In this document: one piece after another, positions 1 through 11,419 of the stretch
Layout of the letters: the number at the start of each line of letters is the position of its first letter
How positions within the stretch are numbered: position 1 is the first letter of the stretch
NCBI RefSeq assembly: GCF_001194135.2
Contig: NC_068981.1
Coordinates: 9,829,418-9,888,207, forward strand
Reading direction: 5' to 3'
From: Octopus bimaculoides
Taxonomy: Eukaryota
DNA length: 58,790 nucleotides
Position numbers and translations under genes: made by a program
The notes under the pieces: generated by a model
Seen by the model: only the letters and a program-made list of their open reading frames with translations
The model's database searches: none
Told to the model about the DNA's origin: nothing

Positions 1-160
1 AATTGACTTCAGTGTTCAATTGGTACTTAATTTCTCGCCCTTGATAGGATTGAAAGGCAAAGTCAACCTCAGTGGAATTTGAACTCGGAACGTAGAGACA
101 GACGAAATAACGCTAAGCATTTTACCATGCATGCTGACGAATCCGTCAGCGCACCGCCCT
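1..160 (-). mobile_element. SINE family B (tRNA-derived), partial
   Basis: Reverse complement matches the dispersed motif GAGCTGGCAGAA..GTTAGC..GCTTAGC..GAGTTCAAATTCC..GACTTTGCCTTTCATCC seen in about 20 places in this window. Confidence 0.8.
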
Positions 161-167
161 TCACAAA

Positions 168-395
168 GCAGCGAGCTGGCAGAGTTGATAGCACGCCGGG
201 CAAAATACTTCGCAACATTTCGTTTGTCTTGACGTCTTGAGTTCAAATTCCATCGAAGTTGGCTTTGCTTTTCATCCTTTCGTGGTCGATGAAAAAAAAA
301 AAAAAGTACCATTTGAGCACTGGGGTTAATGCAACCGACTTATTCCCTCCCTCCCCTGAAATTGCTGGCCTTGTGCCAAAATTTGAAAGTAAATA
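168..395 (+). mobile_element. SINE family B, full length, head-to-head with the 1-160 copy
   Basis: GAGCTGGCAGAG head, B-box-like GAGTTCAAATTCC, tail CCTTGTGCCAAAATTTGAAA. Confidence 0.85.
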
Positions 396-454
396 TTGAT
401 TAGTCACATATCCATGAGATAAAACGATTTGTTTTTCATGGTTCATTGGCATTA

Positions 455-558
455 CTGATACTCACTTTATTTGCTCCGATGGAATGAAGGATTAAAGCGG
501 CAGACGAAATACTGCTAAGCATTTCGCCCGGCGTGCTAAGGATTCTGCCAGCTCGCTA
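455..558 (-). mobile_element. SINE family B, internally deleted
   Basis: GCAGACGAAATACTGCTAAGCATTTCGCCCGGCGTGCTAAGGATTCTGCCAGCTCGC is the reverse complement of the family head. Confidence 0.75.
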
Positions 559-559
559 C

Positions 560-590
<31 letters not shown>

Positions 591-611
591 GAATAATATT
601 TGGCTTTTGGA

Positions 612-830
612 AGTCAGCGAGCTGGTAGAATCGTTAGCACGCCGAGCATAATGCTTAGCGGCATCTAGTCTGTCTTTGCGTTCTCCGTTCAAATTCCGCC
701 GAGGATGACTTTGTCCTTCATCTTGTCGGGGTCGATAAAATAAGTACCATTTGAGTAATGAAGTAGATGCAATCGACTTACACTCTAAGCGAAATTCCAA
801 GCCTTGTGGTAATATCTGAAACCAATATTG
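612..830 (+). mobile_element. SINE family B
   Basis: GCGAGCTGGTAGAATCGTTAGCACGCC head, GTTCAAATTCCGCC, GGGGTCGATAAAATAAGTACC core. Confidence 0.85.
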
Positions 831-1112
831 AGCTTGATCGAAAAGTAATCAATGTTAGTAATATTTCGTAGAGCATTATGCTAGATACCTTGTGTATCTT
901 ATTTGGATCTGACTATGAATCGCATGACTCCACTGCCTGGGAGCCGATAATGAAGCCAATGCAATCATCGGCGTCATACTCTATAGAATTTGTCTCCGTG
1001 CAGTTAAAACATTATGATTAAAAGAAAAGAGGCCCCACCCCCCCAAAAAAATTCTGCCACCAGGTTTACGGTCTACTGTTTCTGAAAAATTCCTTTTTTT
1101 TTTTTTTTTACA

Positions 1113-1480
1113 TTCTTTTACTTTTTTCAGTCATTTGAGTGCGGCCATGCTGGAGCATCGCCTTTAGTCGAGCAAATCGACCCAAGGACTTATTATTTGT
1201 AAGCATAGTACTTATTTCATCGGTCACTTTTGCCGAACCTCTAAGTTATGGGTACGTAAACGCACCACCATCGGTTGTCAGGCGATGCTGGAGGACAAAG
1301 ACACACACACACACATATATATACAACGAGCTTTTCTCAGTTTCCGTCTACCAAATCCACTCACAAGGCTTTGGTCGGCCCGAGGCTATAATAGAAGACA
1401 GTTGCCCAAGGTGCCACGCAGTGGGAGTGAACCCAGAACCGTGTGGTCGGTAAGCAAGCTGCTTACCACACAGCCACTCC
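1113..1480 (-). mobile_element. SINE family A (tRNA head, CORE-like segment, internal microsatellite, tail)
   Basis: Alignable by eye to 16230-16642 and 26650-27061; head GGAGTGGCTGTGTGGTAAG, CCTTGGGCAA segment, tail GCTCCAGCATGGCCGCA. Confidence 0.85.
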
Positions 1481-1544
1481 ATATGTATTTTTTTATTGTA
1501 TTCGTCTAGAAAAAAGAGATGTACCTACGATCTTCGCAGACTTT

Positions 1545-1770
1545 CTGAGCCCCCTAAGATTGACATGATTAATGTTTGTCTTGATTGCTGCAGGAACACA
1601 TGTGTAGGGACAGAATTCTAGGGGACCATCATTCTGAGAAAGGACTGGGAGAAGTGATTAGTGTAAGGCCAAGGTGGAGCGGAACAGGATATTGTTGATG
1701 ATATGTAGAGGAACGAGTGGATCGGCCGTGCCCAAGTTTAAGGTACAACAAGACGGCGTCTTAAATATCT
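1545..1770 (-). mobile_element. Decayed 3' end of CR1/L2-type LINE ORF2
   Basis: Minus-strand translation across stops and frameshifts gives TNHFSQSFLR..*NSVPTHVFPAAI..KTNINHVNL, resembling the SQSFF..WNSLP..VFP..FK..IN C-terminus of these LINEs. Confidence 0.5.
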
Positions 1771-2789
1771 CAAACTGACATAAGAAAATATTTGGATTTA
1801 TTATCAATCTTTGTTTTCTTATCACTGTCCTAATTCGATACACTTAAATATTCATTTGTTTTCAAAATATTTGAATAACATGAGAAAATATTTATGAGCT
1901 CAATCTCGCCCAGATGTCTGAGATGTTTTCAGCAAACAGCCTGATTAAACATTACAAACACAAAGCGGATATAATTTTCATACGATTAATTGTTGTGGAA
2001 AATAACGTTGTAAACTTTCTATAAATTGTGAACAGAACAGATAGTTAATTCAGAATATTTTTATGCTTAAACAGAGATTCAAAATAGACATGAAATCAAT
2101 ATTGAGAACATGTTTATTTAATTTATTATGTTTTTTAGGTTTTTTTTTTTCAAATTGAAGTTACAGATGAATAATATTGACAGATGTTTCTACAATAAAT
2201 CTGTTCGGCCATGTATGTTTTTAGTGTATTTAAAGAAATTCCGTGAAATTTTCAAAATATACTTCATTTAAATTAAATGCATGTCGTTAAGGAGTACTCT
2301 TGAAATGTTTCTAACATCTTTCATTTTAAAAGATATAAGTTGATTATTGGTCTTGGAATTTTTTTATATATAATATTTGATAGTTATTCAATTGCTGCAT
2401 TCGGTATATTTCGAAATTTAACATTGACTAGAAAATTTGAATTAAATACGAAATGGTTTTGAGAGGAATATTAGCGGCACAAAACTGAATATAATTGAAT
2501 TTGAAAATTCATTAAATTACATTTATGCCAAACATTTTGACTTTGGGAGCTAATTCTTTGAAAATAATATTAGAGATTTTATTTGCTGCTGTTTAAGAAA
2601 TATTTAGAAAATGTTGATTTGATGTTGTTTGCTTCCTTCATTTCAGAAATTAGATTTATGCTGTTTAAAGAAATCGAATCAGAGCAACGTAAAAAGAAAG
2701 TAAACTAGGGCAGGTTATTTTGTTTTTATATATACGTGAATATTGTAAGATTGGAAGTCAACGGATGGGTTAGTTTCTAAGTTATTTTC

Positions 2790-2965
2790 TAGATATAGCA
2801 CCTGAATAGCCCTCAAATCATACAGTAATGTTTTAAATTAAATAAAAACTAACACGTTAGATAATCAAGCCCCACATATACCTAAAATATAGAATGGTCA
2901 CAATTGGAGAGTCTTTGATCCGAGGTGCGTTCACTGAGGGGTGACCTAGGGTTAAACATCATCAT
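2790..2965 (+). repeat. Old dispersed repeat family C (SINE-like, CAA/CAT tail)
   Basis: CTAGA.ATAGC..AAATCA..GGATAAT..GATC..GG..GACCTAGGG.TAAAC pattern recurs at about 5400(-), 9410, 38965, 39580, 43775(-), 52535 and 52900. Confidence 0.55.
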
Positions 2966-4589
2966 CAATGTCGATTACATCAATTCATATATGGATAGTC
3001 TATAAGACTAAGATAACACTTTTAATTGGACTAATTAATATTTGAAACATACCATTTTAACTTAATCGATAATGTTAGTTTCTAATTACGGGAATGTGAT
3101 TGGTTCTTCATTGTAGAGAACGTCTGAAGGGTTTCAGATTAAATGCATTGAATTCTAGTCATTCATGATGAATTATTGTACATTAAAAGATGCATACATA
3201 CATACACAGGCACAATATTCTTTATGCTTATATACAATATAATACAATTATACATTACTCATATTTACAAGATTATAAATGAGCATCGTTAGATTCGTTT
3301 GATTTCATATTATGTGAATCTAGATCTTATGAGTGGTTCATTCATTCGTTTTAATTTGTCGTGCAAGTTCAAAAATTCGCTAAAGTCTTTTCATATCGTT
3401 AATACTTTTCTTATATCACTGTTGCCAACTTCACAGAATTCAGTCGGCTTGCAACTAACTGACAACTTATCTTGTCATAGACAAGCGTAAGTTTAAACGC
3501 TATTAAAAGTTTTTGCTTAAGTTTTCTTCTACAATCTTAATTGAATTTCATGAAATGAAGATGCGTTGAATAATGAAATTTCTGATACATACAAATGAGA
3601 AGGAACATCAGACCATTGAACAGAAATCCTTAAAAACCACCCTTCCGGAATCGATAAAAAAAGTACCGATCTGATGCGATGGACTGAAGGAATTGTAAGT
3701 AAATCGAACCGGATGCTTTAAGGTGCTTGTTTTTGGCCTTTGAATTCTAAGTTCAAATCCTGCCATGGCTTATTTGCCATCTGGTACCTAGTTTATATTT
3801 AGTAGACTCTACTCTAACTTAGGGATCCAGTTGTTAGGATGTTTCACTCATGATCGTGATATGTCACTTCTATTACTGGACCAGTCTGTGTGTTGTGTCC
3901 TTGTGCAAAACACTTCATTTCACGTTTCTCTGAACCATTCAGCTGTATATACGAAGCTCTGCAATAGACTGTTGTCCTGGTCAGGAGAATATTGTAACGT
4001 CGGTCACTTACACGCCATGGAAACCAGGTAATTGACCGTATGCGTTTTAGGATTCGAGACAGTATGTCCAGAGGTCGATTATGATGATGATGATGATAAT
4101 GATGATGAATTATGGCAAGCACTCGGGTGGGGTTTTAGTTTAAGAAAAAAATTTCCTACTTTCCAAGTCAGAATAAAGGGATATGGGTACTGCCTTTTCT
4201 CTCGACTAACGAAGATAAAAATGTAATAAAATGGCAAAAAGAGTTCAGTATTTTCTAAATTAAAATCATTCGATGAAATCATAAAATCCTATTTTATTAA
4301 AAACATATTTTTACAAGAGACAGAAAACAAAGCATTAAAAGTATAAAAAAATCAAATTATCGAGAAAAAACAACAATTACTTTCAACAATTACCTAAGAA
4401 GTCAAAGAAAAAGAAAAATAGAAGTGGGAAATTAGATGTGGGGAGAGAGTAACGGGTTATACATCCCAGACCAAATCGCAGAAATGATTGCAAAGGGTTG
4501 CCTCGGAGAGTGGCCAGTGAAATTCACTGTAGCAGCGACTCCACCACGCGGGGTTCATTTCTCAGGTGGGCTGCAGTTATACTGATTCT

Positions 4590-4832
4590 TATTTCTTTAT
4601 TGCCCTCAATGGGCTACACACAGAGGGGACAAACAAGGACATACAAAGGGATTAAGTCAATTACATCTACCCCAGTGCGTAACTGGTACATATTTAATCG
4701 ACTCAGAAAGGATGAAAGGCAAAGTCGACCCCGGCGGAATTTGAACTCAGAACGTAACTGCAGACGAAATACCGCTGAGCAATTCACCCGGCGTGCTAAC
4801 GTTTCTGCCAGCTCGCTGCTATACTGCAGTTA
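4590..4832 (-). mobile_element. SINE family B (third tail variant) with 21-bp target-site duplication
   Basis: Exact direct repeat GGCTGCAGTTATACTGATTCT at 4569-4589 and 4833-4853 flanks the copy. Confidence 0.9.
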
Positions 4833-5397
4833 GGCTGCAGTTATACTGATTCTGCGATGGAAATCAGAATCCCAGTACGAGATTGTTGACAGGCAAATCC
4901 AACCCTAGCGTGATTTTAGGTCAGACCTGATCGCCATATAACTATCTCAGTAAAATATTGATTATGCCATCCACTACTCTGGAGCGGGAATTAGGAAATT
5001 AGAAATATGACTCTGGTTTAGGCACTAGGCCAGAAATTTTGAAGGGAAGGGTTAGTCTATGCTATCGACATCAGTTCTTAACAGTTACTTTATTCTATTG
5101 ATCCCCGATGAACAAAAGGAAGAGTTCAACTCTTCGAGTAGAACATTATATAATAGAATAACGAATATTGAAATGTCTATAGTTTCACTAACACATGTGC
5201 GTGCACTTTGATACATCTCTGTGTGTGTGTCGTTATGTAAAAAGTTGGGTTGTGTTCAAAAGCATAACGGGGTGTTTGTATCAAAAATCGAAACTTAACG
5301 ATTAGAAAGTGTTTTTATGAAATATATGTTGAAATCGATGTAAATCGACTAAACATTTGAAGGCGATGCCACAGCATGGCCGTAGTCTAATTACTGA

Positions 5398-5605
5398 AAC
5401 CGTTGTTATTGTTGCTGCTGATTAACCTCATGTCAACCCTAATCGGACGCACAAATTTCGAAAGGTATTCCAACGTGATCAATTTCCTCTCAGTGGTCGT
5501 GTTACTGTACCTAATACGTAATTCAGTATTTTGAAGGCAGCAGAGTATGAATTGAGATGGCTCTGGCTACTATTTCGAGCAGACAGAGCGACTGTACAGA
5601 GCCCC
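5398..5605 (-). repeat. Dispersed repeat family C
   Basis: Reverse complement matches the family C pattern; GTT-type tail at the left end. Confidence 0.5.
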
Positions 5606-6381
5606 ATTTTTGTTATGTTATGAGCTGAAATATGGTGGTTGACAACATACGTAGAGAACAGCAATATACAGCATACATACTTTATGACTTTATTTTGCGT
5701 CTTGTTGCCCGCTAAATTCTCATCTTACCGAGTTTGACTTTGTCTTTGATCTTTCCTGGTGTAATAAAATTAGTGCCAATCAAGTATCGGGGTCGATTTA
5801 ATCGACTCTGTTCTCGTATCAATGTTTAAAAAAAAATCAATATTTTTTCTTTGTTACATTTTCTCTCCGATGACAATAATTATCCATTGAGAAATTCACT
5901 CAGTCAATTTACATTATTTTCAAAATGACAATTAGTCATGTCAATGTTCTGTTGATATCAGAATATTTTATAATAATTTGTCATCTCTAATGTGACTAGT
6001 CGTTCTGTATAAAATATCTGCAATTTATAGCTGAGGGAATTTATAATCATAAAAAAAAATCATGCTATATTACCTGATGAACAGATATTTTCATTAATCA
6101 AAAAAAATAAATAAATAAACAAAGAAACAATTGCATTAAACTTCATGGCTAAAATCACAATACTTTACTCACATCGATTCCAAGAGTAAGGAGCATTTCC
6201 AGGTGGCATTGGATGATAATTGATAAAGGGTCATATTGAACAACAGTTAAACAGCCAAACCCTGCTCGACTACTGGGCCATTAAGACATGGTTAATATAT
6301 GAAACTGTATGGCGAATGATGATAATTCAGTGCTTATTTTACTAAGGCAAAATGTTGATTTCGGTAGATAGAGGTAATACG

Positions 6382-6421
<40 letters not shown>

Positions 6422-7286
6422 CTACATAATCACACACACATATACGCGTATGCTAGTGTTATCTTTAAGATGCTTGTCATATTGCTCTATGAGTTGGAGT
6501 GTTGGGTTCGCAATCATAAGGCCGTGATTTGGATTTCAGGATCGGTCGGTGTGTTGTGTCCGAGAGCAAGGCACTTCATTTCACAGTGCTCCAAATGAAT
6601 ATCTGCCCCCGTTCTCACATCCCTGATGTTCCGCTGACTAATGGGTGAAAGGACGGAGTGAGTGAATTAGATAAAGCAGAGTATAAGCCGTGGCGGCTAA
6701 TTTTTTCATTCCTTTCAAAGAGTTCTTCTCTTTATATTTGATGACATGACTATGATCGAGTTCAAACGTCTTTGTTTTATTATATTTTTTTCATATTTTC
6801 TTATTCGTCTTTATGTTTAATTTAGAACAACAACATTCCTAAGTCTGTTTATGCTTCAAGATATTTTCATGTCCTATCTTCCGATGGAAAATATAACATT
6901 TTTGCCTCGTTTTCAAGTAGGTCGCAAGAAATCATGTGACACTTACCTCACCTTGCTTTTCACTCCTGCATTTTACTTCCCCGACCTCTTAGTCAAAAAT
7001 GTTATTGTTCATAAGAATTACGATGAGGGGTGGAAAAATAACATATTCGCTATAATTCTTATAAATGGTGCCATCGTCAAGGTATGTATTAATTCGCATG
7101 CTTTTAAAGCAATTTGTTATAATTTAAAACTGTGACTTCTTTTTCTCCGAGTCATAATCTCCACCATCCCCACAATCACCACCACCACTACCATCATCAT
7201 TATCATCCTAGTCATTATAAACAGCAAATGTACTTATTTACATTATTTACATTTGACAGATATTTGTCCTTATCTTGTTTGTTGTT

Positions 7287-7332
7287 AATACAACGTTTCG
7301 GCTGATATACCCTCCAGCCTTCATCAGGTGTC
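7287..7332 (-). ncRNA. Minimal type I hammerhead ribozyme motif, inverted copy
   Basis: Minus strand reads GACAC-CTGATGA-A-GGCTG-gagggtatat-CAGCC-GAAAC-GTT-GTATT with a perfect stem II. Confidence 0.6.
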
Positions 7333-7427
7333 TTGGGGAAATTTCGAACCTGGGTTCTCATTCCTAAGGTATTTTTCGATGTTGTTGTTGTTGTTATTAT
7401 TATTCAAGTAACTGCCTGGAATCGAAC

Positions 7428-7500
7428 ACGGGTATATGGCGTAGTGATTAAGAGCGCGGGCTACTAACCCCAAGATTCCGAGTTCGATTCCAGGCAGTGA
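7428..7500 (+). promoter_or_regulatory. tRNA-like head with Pol III A and B boxes
   Basis: A-box-like TGGCGTAGTGA (7437-7447), B-box-like GAGTTCGATTCC (7480-7491), tRNA-like spacing, CT-ACT-AA loop; anticodon stem imperfect, so not called a functional tRNA. Confidence 0.7.
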
Positions 7501-7578
7501 CCTGAATAGTAATAATAATAATAATAATAACATCGAAAATACCTTAGGAATGAGAACTCAGGTACGAAATTACCCCAA

Positions 7579-7624
7579 GACATCTGATGAAGGCTGGAGG
7601 GTATATCAGCTGAAACGTTGTATT
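7579..7624 (+). ncRNA. Minimal type I hammerhead ribozyme motif (Penelope-like)
   Basis: CTGATGA (7584-7590), extra A, stem II GGCTG/CAGCT, GAAAC, palindromic AACGTT, weak stem I GACAT/GTATT. Confidence 0.6.
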
Positions 7625-7779
7625 AACAACAAACAAGATGAGGACAAGTCTCCGGCAAATGTAAATAATGTAAATAATTCCTCATCTTTTAAATATAGAA
7701 CAGCAAGTGCACCGTTGTTGTTAATGCTACTATATTATTGTATTACTACAAATAATGCGACTGATTATAAATGTTTATA

Positions 7780-8173
7780 ACATAGGCATCAAGTCAGAAA
7801 TTTCGTAAGATCCCAGGATTTGACGGTTATTTTATTTTATCGAGCCCATAGGAATGAAAGGCAAGGATCATCTCGGCGGGATTAGAGCTTGGGATGTAAC
7901 GAACCGGAAAAAATCCGGTACGGCATTTGGCTTGTCATTTTAACGAACCTGCGAAGCCAGGGCAATAATGATTTTTGGCAGAAGACCAGCAATTTCAGGG
8001 AGGATTAAATTGATTACACCGACCCATTGCTCATTTGGAACTTATTCTATCGACTCTGAAGGGATGAAGGCAACGTTGACCTCGGCGGAATTTGAACTCA
8101 GAACGTAAAGACAGGCGAAATACCGCTAAGTATTTTCCTGGCGGGGTAACGATTCTGCCATCTCGCCGCCTTA

Positions 8174-8229
<56 letters not shown>

Positions 8230-8450
8230 AATAATAATAATAATAATAATAATAATTTCCATTATAGGCACAAGATCTGAAATTTTGAGAGAGGGGCTAG
8301 TCGATTAGATCGAACCCAGTACAAAACTTGTACTTAGTTTATCGAACCTCGAAGGACGAAACGCAAAGTCGACCTCGGCGGAATTTGAACTCAGATCGTA
8401 GTGACGGGCGAAATACCGGTAAGCATTTCGTTCAGAGTGCTAACGATAAT
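7780..8450 (-). mobile_element. Three tandem SINE family B copies separated by (AAT)/(GAT) tracts
   Basis: Copies at about 7780-7950, 7970-8172 and 8255-8447 in the same orientation; (GAT)n(AAT)n at 8173-8256. Confidence 0.8.
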
Positions 8451-8462
8451 AATAATAATAAT

Positions 8463-8835
8463 AACAAGAGCTCTCAGGGAGCGCAAACCTCCGCCAAGGC
8501 AACACCAACGTCCTCTCAACGATTAGCCGGAGATGATTTTTTAAAATGAGAATATCTGAAATAAACTTCGACTGCTCTCACAAACGAGAATACTAAAAAT
8601 GAACCCGACCGCTTTGAATAAAAATTAAGTAAAAAAAACAACAAAAAACAGGAAAAATAATTCAGAATCCTTGTCTGGTATCGGATCGATCCCAAAATCT
8701 AATGAATATGTGCCAGTCACGAAGCTAAATATCCCTGAAAGTTTCATCTGAATCCATCCAGCGGTTCTTGAGATATCTTGTTCACGGGCAAACAAACACG
8801 AGTGTAAACAATACCTCCACCTTCGCTAAGGCGAA

Positions 8836-8841
<6 letters not shown>
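8463..8841 (-). mobile_element. Helentron-associated (HINE/DINE-1-like) non-autonomous element
   Basis: Subterminal ACCTCCGCCAAGG near one end and hairpin CCTTCGC-TAA-GGCGAAGG at the other; sits inside an (AAT)n tract with no obvious TSD. Confidence 0.6.
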
Positions 8842-8871
<30 letters not shown>

Positions 8872-10456
8872 CATGATTATGATAATGATACTATTATTGT
8901 GAACAATATTATAAATATTCATTACAGAATAATTGATTAAACAGTCATTCAATGGTTTATTTCTTTTCTTCTGTAATTTCAATATTGAATTTGGGATGTT
9001 CTGAAGAAATTTGTATTGCTATTGAACAAATGTCCTTAATCACCGCTAACGATAAAGTATTGCCTTTAATAGGAGAGATTCTGCACACAAACTAAACAGT
9101 TGATACATCAGTCAATCACTTTAGTTTCCTTTACATTTCAACTGTTCTTTGCTATCCTACGCAGTCATATGTTATCATCCATGTTCGTTTAGCAACAGCT
9201 ATTTTCATTAAACAATCGAAGGCTTTCATTAATGAAATTTTAAATTACATCGGATTATGAATTGTACTATTTAATCTGTTACTAAAGAATTTTGAGCAGA
9301 CATTTCTGTTAGCACCATAGAACGATAAACATGGTGTTTTTCAAATAAAAATCTGTTGAGCTAATATAAATATTTTATATAAAAGCCGAACCTGCAGTTA
9401 AATCTGAATCTCTATGAGGTCGTTTTGTATGCTAGAAATAATAACTTAATAATCCCCAAATCACACGTTAAGATAAAGAACAAAAATGAGAGTTTGCAGT
9501 GCTGAATAATGTAGTCGTAGATCTAACAAAAAGACTGGATTGGCACTTTTATTATAGGTTTCTTGTATCAAGGCCGATCAAAAGCAAGAAAATCTCCACA
9601 AAATGTAAGTAGTAACTTGTTGCAACAAAAGATAAGCTGCTTTTTACTGACACCGTATTGGTTTGTTATTATTTGGGAAAGAAAAGCAATATGGTCTATC
9701 ACTAAGCTGTGGCGTTCTCAAATGTTCTTCATGTTTCCATTTTACCCTATAGCTCATAGTCAATGTTATTCTCTAACATGATCGCGCGCTTCAAGTGTAT
9801 GTTTATAATTACATGGTATCAGCTGTTTCTTATACACCTCCCGTAATCTTTACGTACGTTCTCGTGACCTCGTGTAATGTTAATTATTTTACTTCTATAT
9901 TTAAGATGTATGGGATGATGGACTTTCTCATAGAGTAGTGTCATGTTTATAAATTTCAGCTTTGTGGGCGAAAGAACTATTTATATATATTACGTACTCT
10001 TCGTTACAAACAGCCTTTTTCTCTTTTTTGCTGTGTCTTTATTTTATTTTCTCATTGGTATTAGTTTTGTTCCTTATCTTTGTTATCCTCCACTCTCTAA
10101 TGAAAACTACTCCATCTTACATTATCTGTTCTACTTTAGCAGGCAATCTCTGTTTTCATAATAACAATTAGGTTACATTTTCCACAAGCTTTGCCTCTTA
10201 TGACTATTGATGATTTTACGAGCCAACGAAGCAGATAGTAGAAGACATAGCAGCCAAATCTTTCTTGAACTCACCGTACCATCTTAAGCTACATAACCCC
10301 AAAACCGATCAAGTATACTAGATAGATGGAAGACCATTGTAGAAAATGAAGGAGATTATATTTTAGATTAAAAAAGAACTTTATCTTAATTTTGAAAAAA
10401 AAAAAGAAGTATAGAAATGCCGCATAGAAATGCTGCATTATTTATGGGATGACCCA

Positions 10457-10574
<118 letters not shown>

Positions 10575-11130
10575 AAGATCTATATGAAGATGCCTGTGTA
10601 ACAGAAGAATCAATGAGTGCTGATTCATCATTGGTTATTTAACAGAACCAGTTGTAAAAGAACCAAGATTGGTTTATATCTGCAGGAAAAATGCATTCAC
10701 AATGAGGGAAAAACTGCCTTGATTAAAACTCTGTTACTAGGTGAGCAAGGCTATTTTAGAAAAAAACTGCATGCATTTAAAAATATTTATAAATGTATAC
10801 TATCCGTCCACTGTTGACTGACGAGAAAGTGTAATGATTGAAGAATTGCTTGAAGACTGATTTTAAAACTGAGTTATTTCTAATGTACAGTAATTGCCGA
10901 AAAATAATAAGTCCCGATGAAGACTTAACTCTGAACATCTACTTCAACAAGGTCACAATCATCCAGAAGAACTAAAGAATAATATACAAATTATTTAACA
11001 CCACTTCAATAATTGGAGCTGGCGAGGAAACATCTTGGGAGACAACTCTTCCTTAAATACTATTTTATCTTCTACAGAACGATTAATTCTTCATGGCAAA
11101 CTGGTAATCAAAATATCCCAGAGAAGAAGA

Positions 11131-11190
11131 ATTTTTTTATTACCCACAAGGGCGACATAGAGGGGACGATACAACCTGATTTGGGGTCAG
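11131..11190 (-). mobile_element. 60-bp 5'-truncated SINE tail with 18-bp TSD
   Basis: ATATCCCAGAGAAGAAGA at 11113-11130 and 11191-11208; insert TTTATTACCCACAAGGG..AGAGGGGAC resembles the tail of the 4590 copy. Confidence 0.7.
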
Positions 11191-11419
11191 ATATCCCAGA
11201 GAAGAAGACTGTATGGTCATCAAAACAATGTTGATAGAACGATATATGCATGGTAAATGAATATCTCACACAGTACGTGTGGAAAAAGATGATAGCTGTG
11301 ATTCGGTGTAAAACAGACTGTAAAACTCGCACAACAGATTGAGAGTAGACAGTAACTCTTCAGCAAATCACATTTACTAACAACCCAGAAAAATATACCT
11401 GTCAGGTATAACACCACCA

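Larger units (their letters stand above)
7228..7701. mobile_element. Palindromic non-autonomous element: inverted partial copy plus tRNA-headed unit carrying a hammerhead motif
   Basis: Arms 7234-7427 and 7482-7677 are near-perfect reverse complements around a 54-nt loop; 8-bp direct repeat AACAGCAA at 7220-7227 and 7699-7706. Confidence 0.85.

Noticed and set aside
7428-7500. Functional tRNA gene
   Set aside because: Anticodon and acceptor stems pair poorly and the sequence is embedded in a repeat; treated as a SINE head. The same applies to the head at 24230-24303.
11250-11400. Possible GIY-YIG (Penelope) endonuclease remnant, plus a hammerhead-like CCGATGA..GAAC at about 10913
   Set aside because: Only a few scattered residues (CDSV, NNPE) with several assumed frameshifts; the motif is three changes from a valid core. 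A profile search would be needed.
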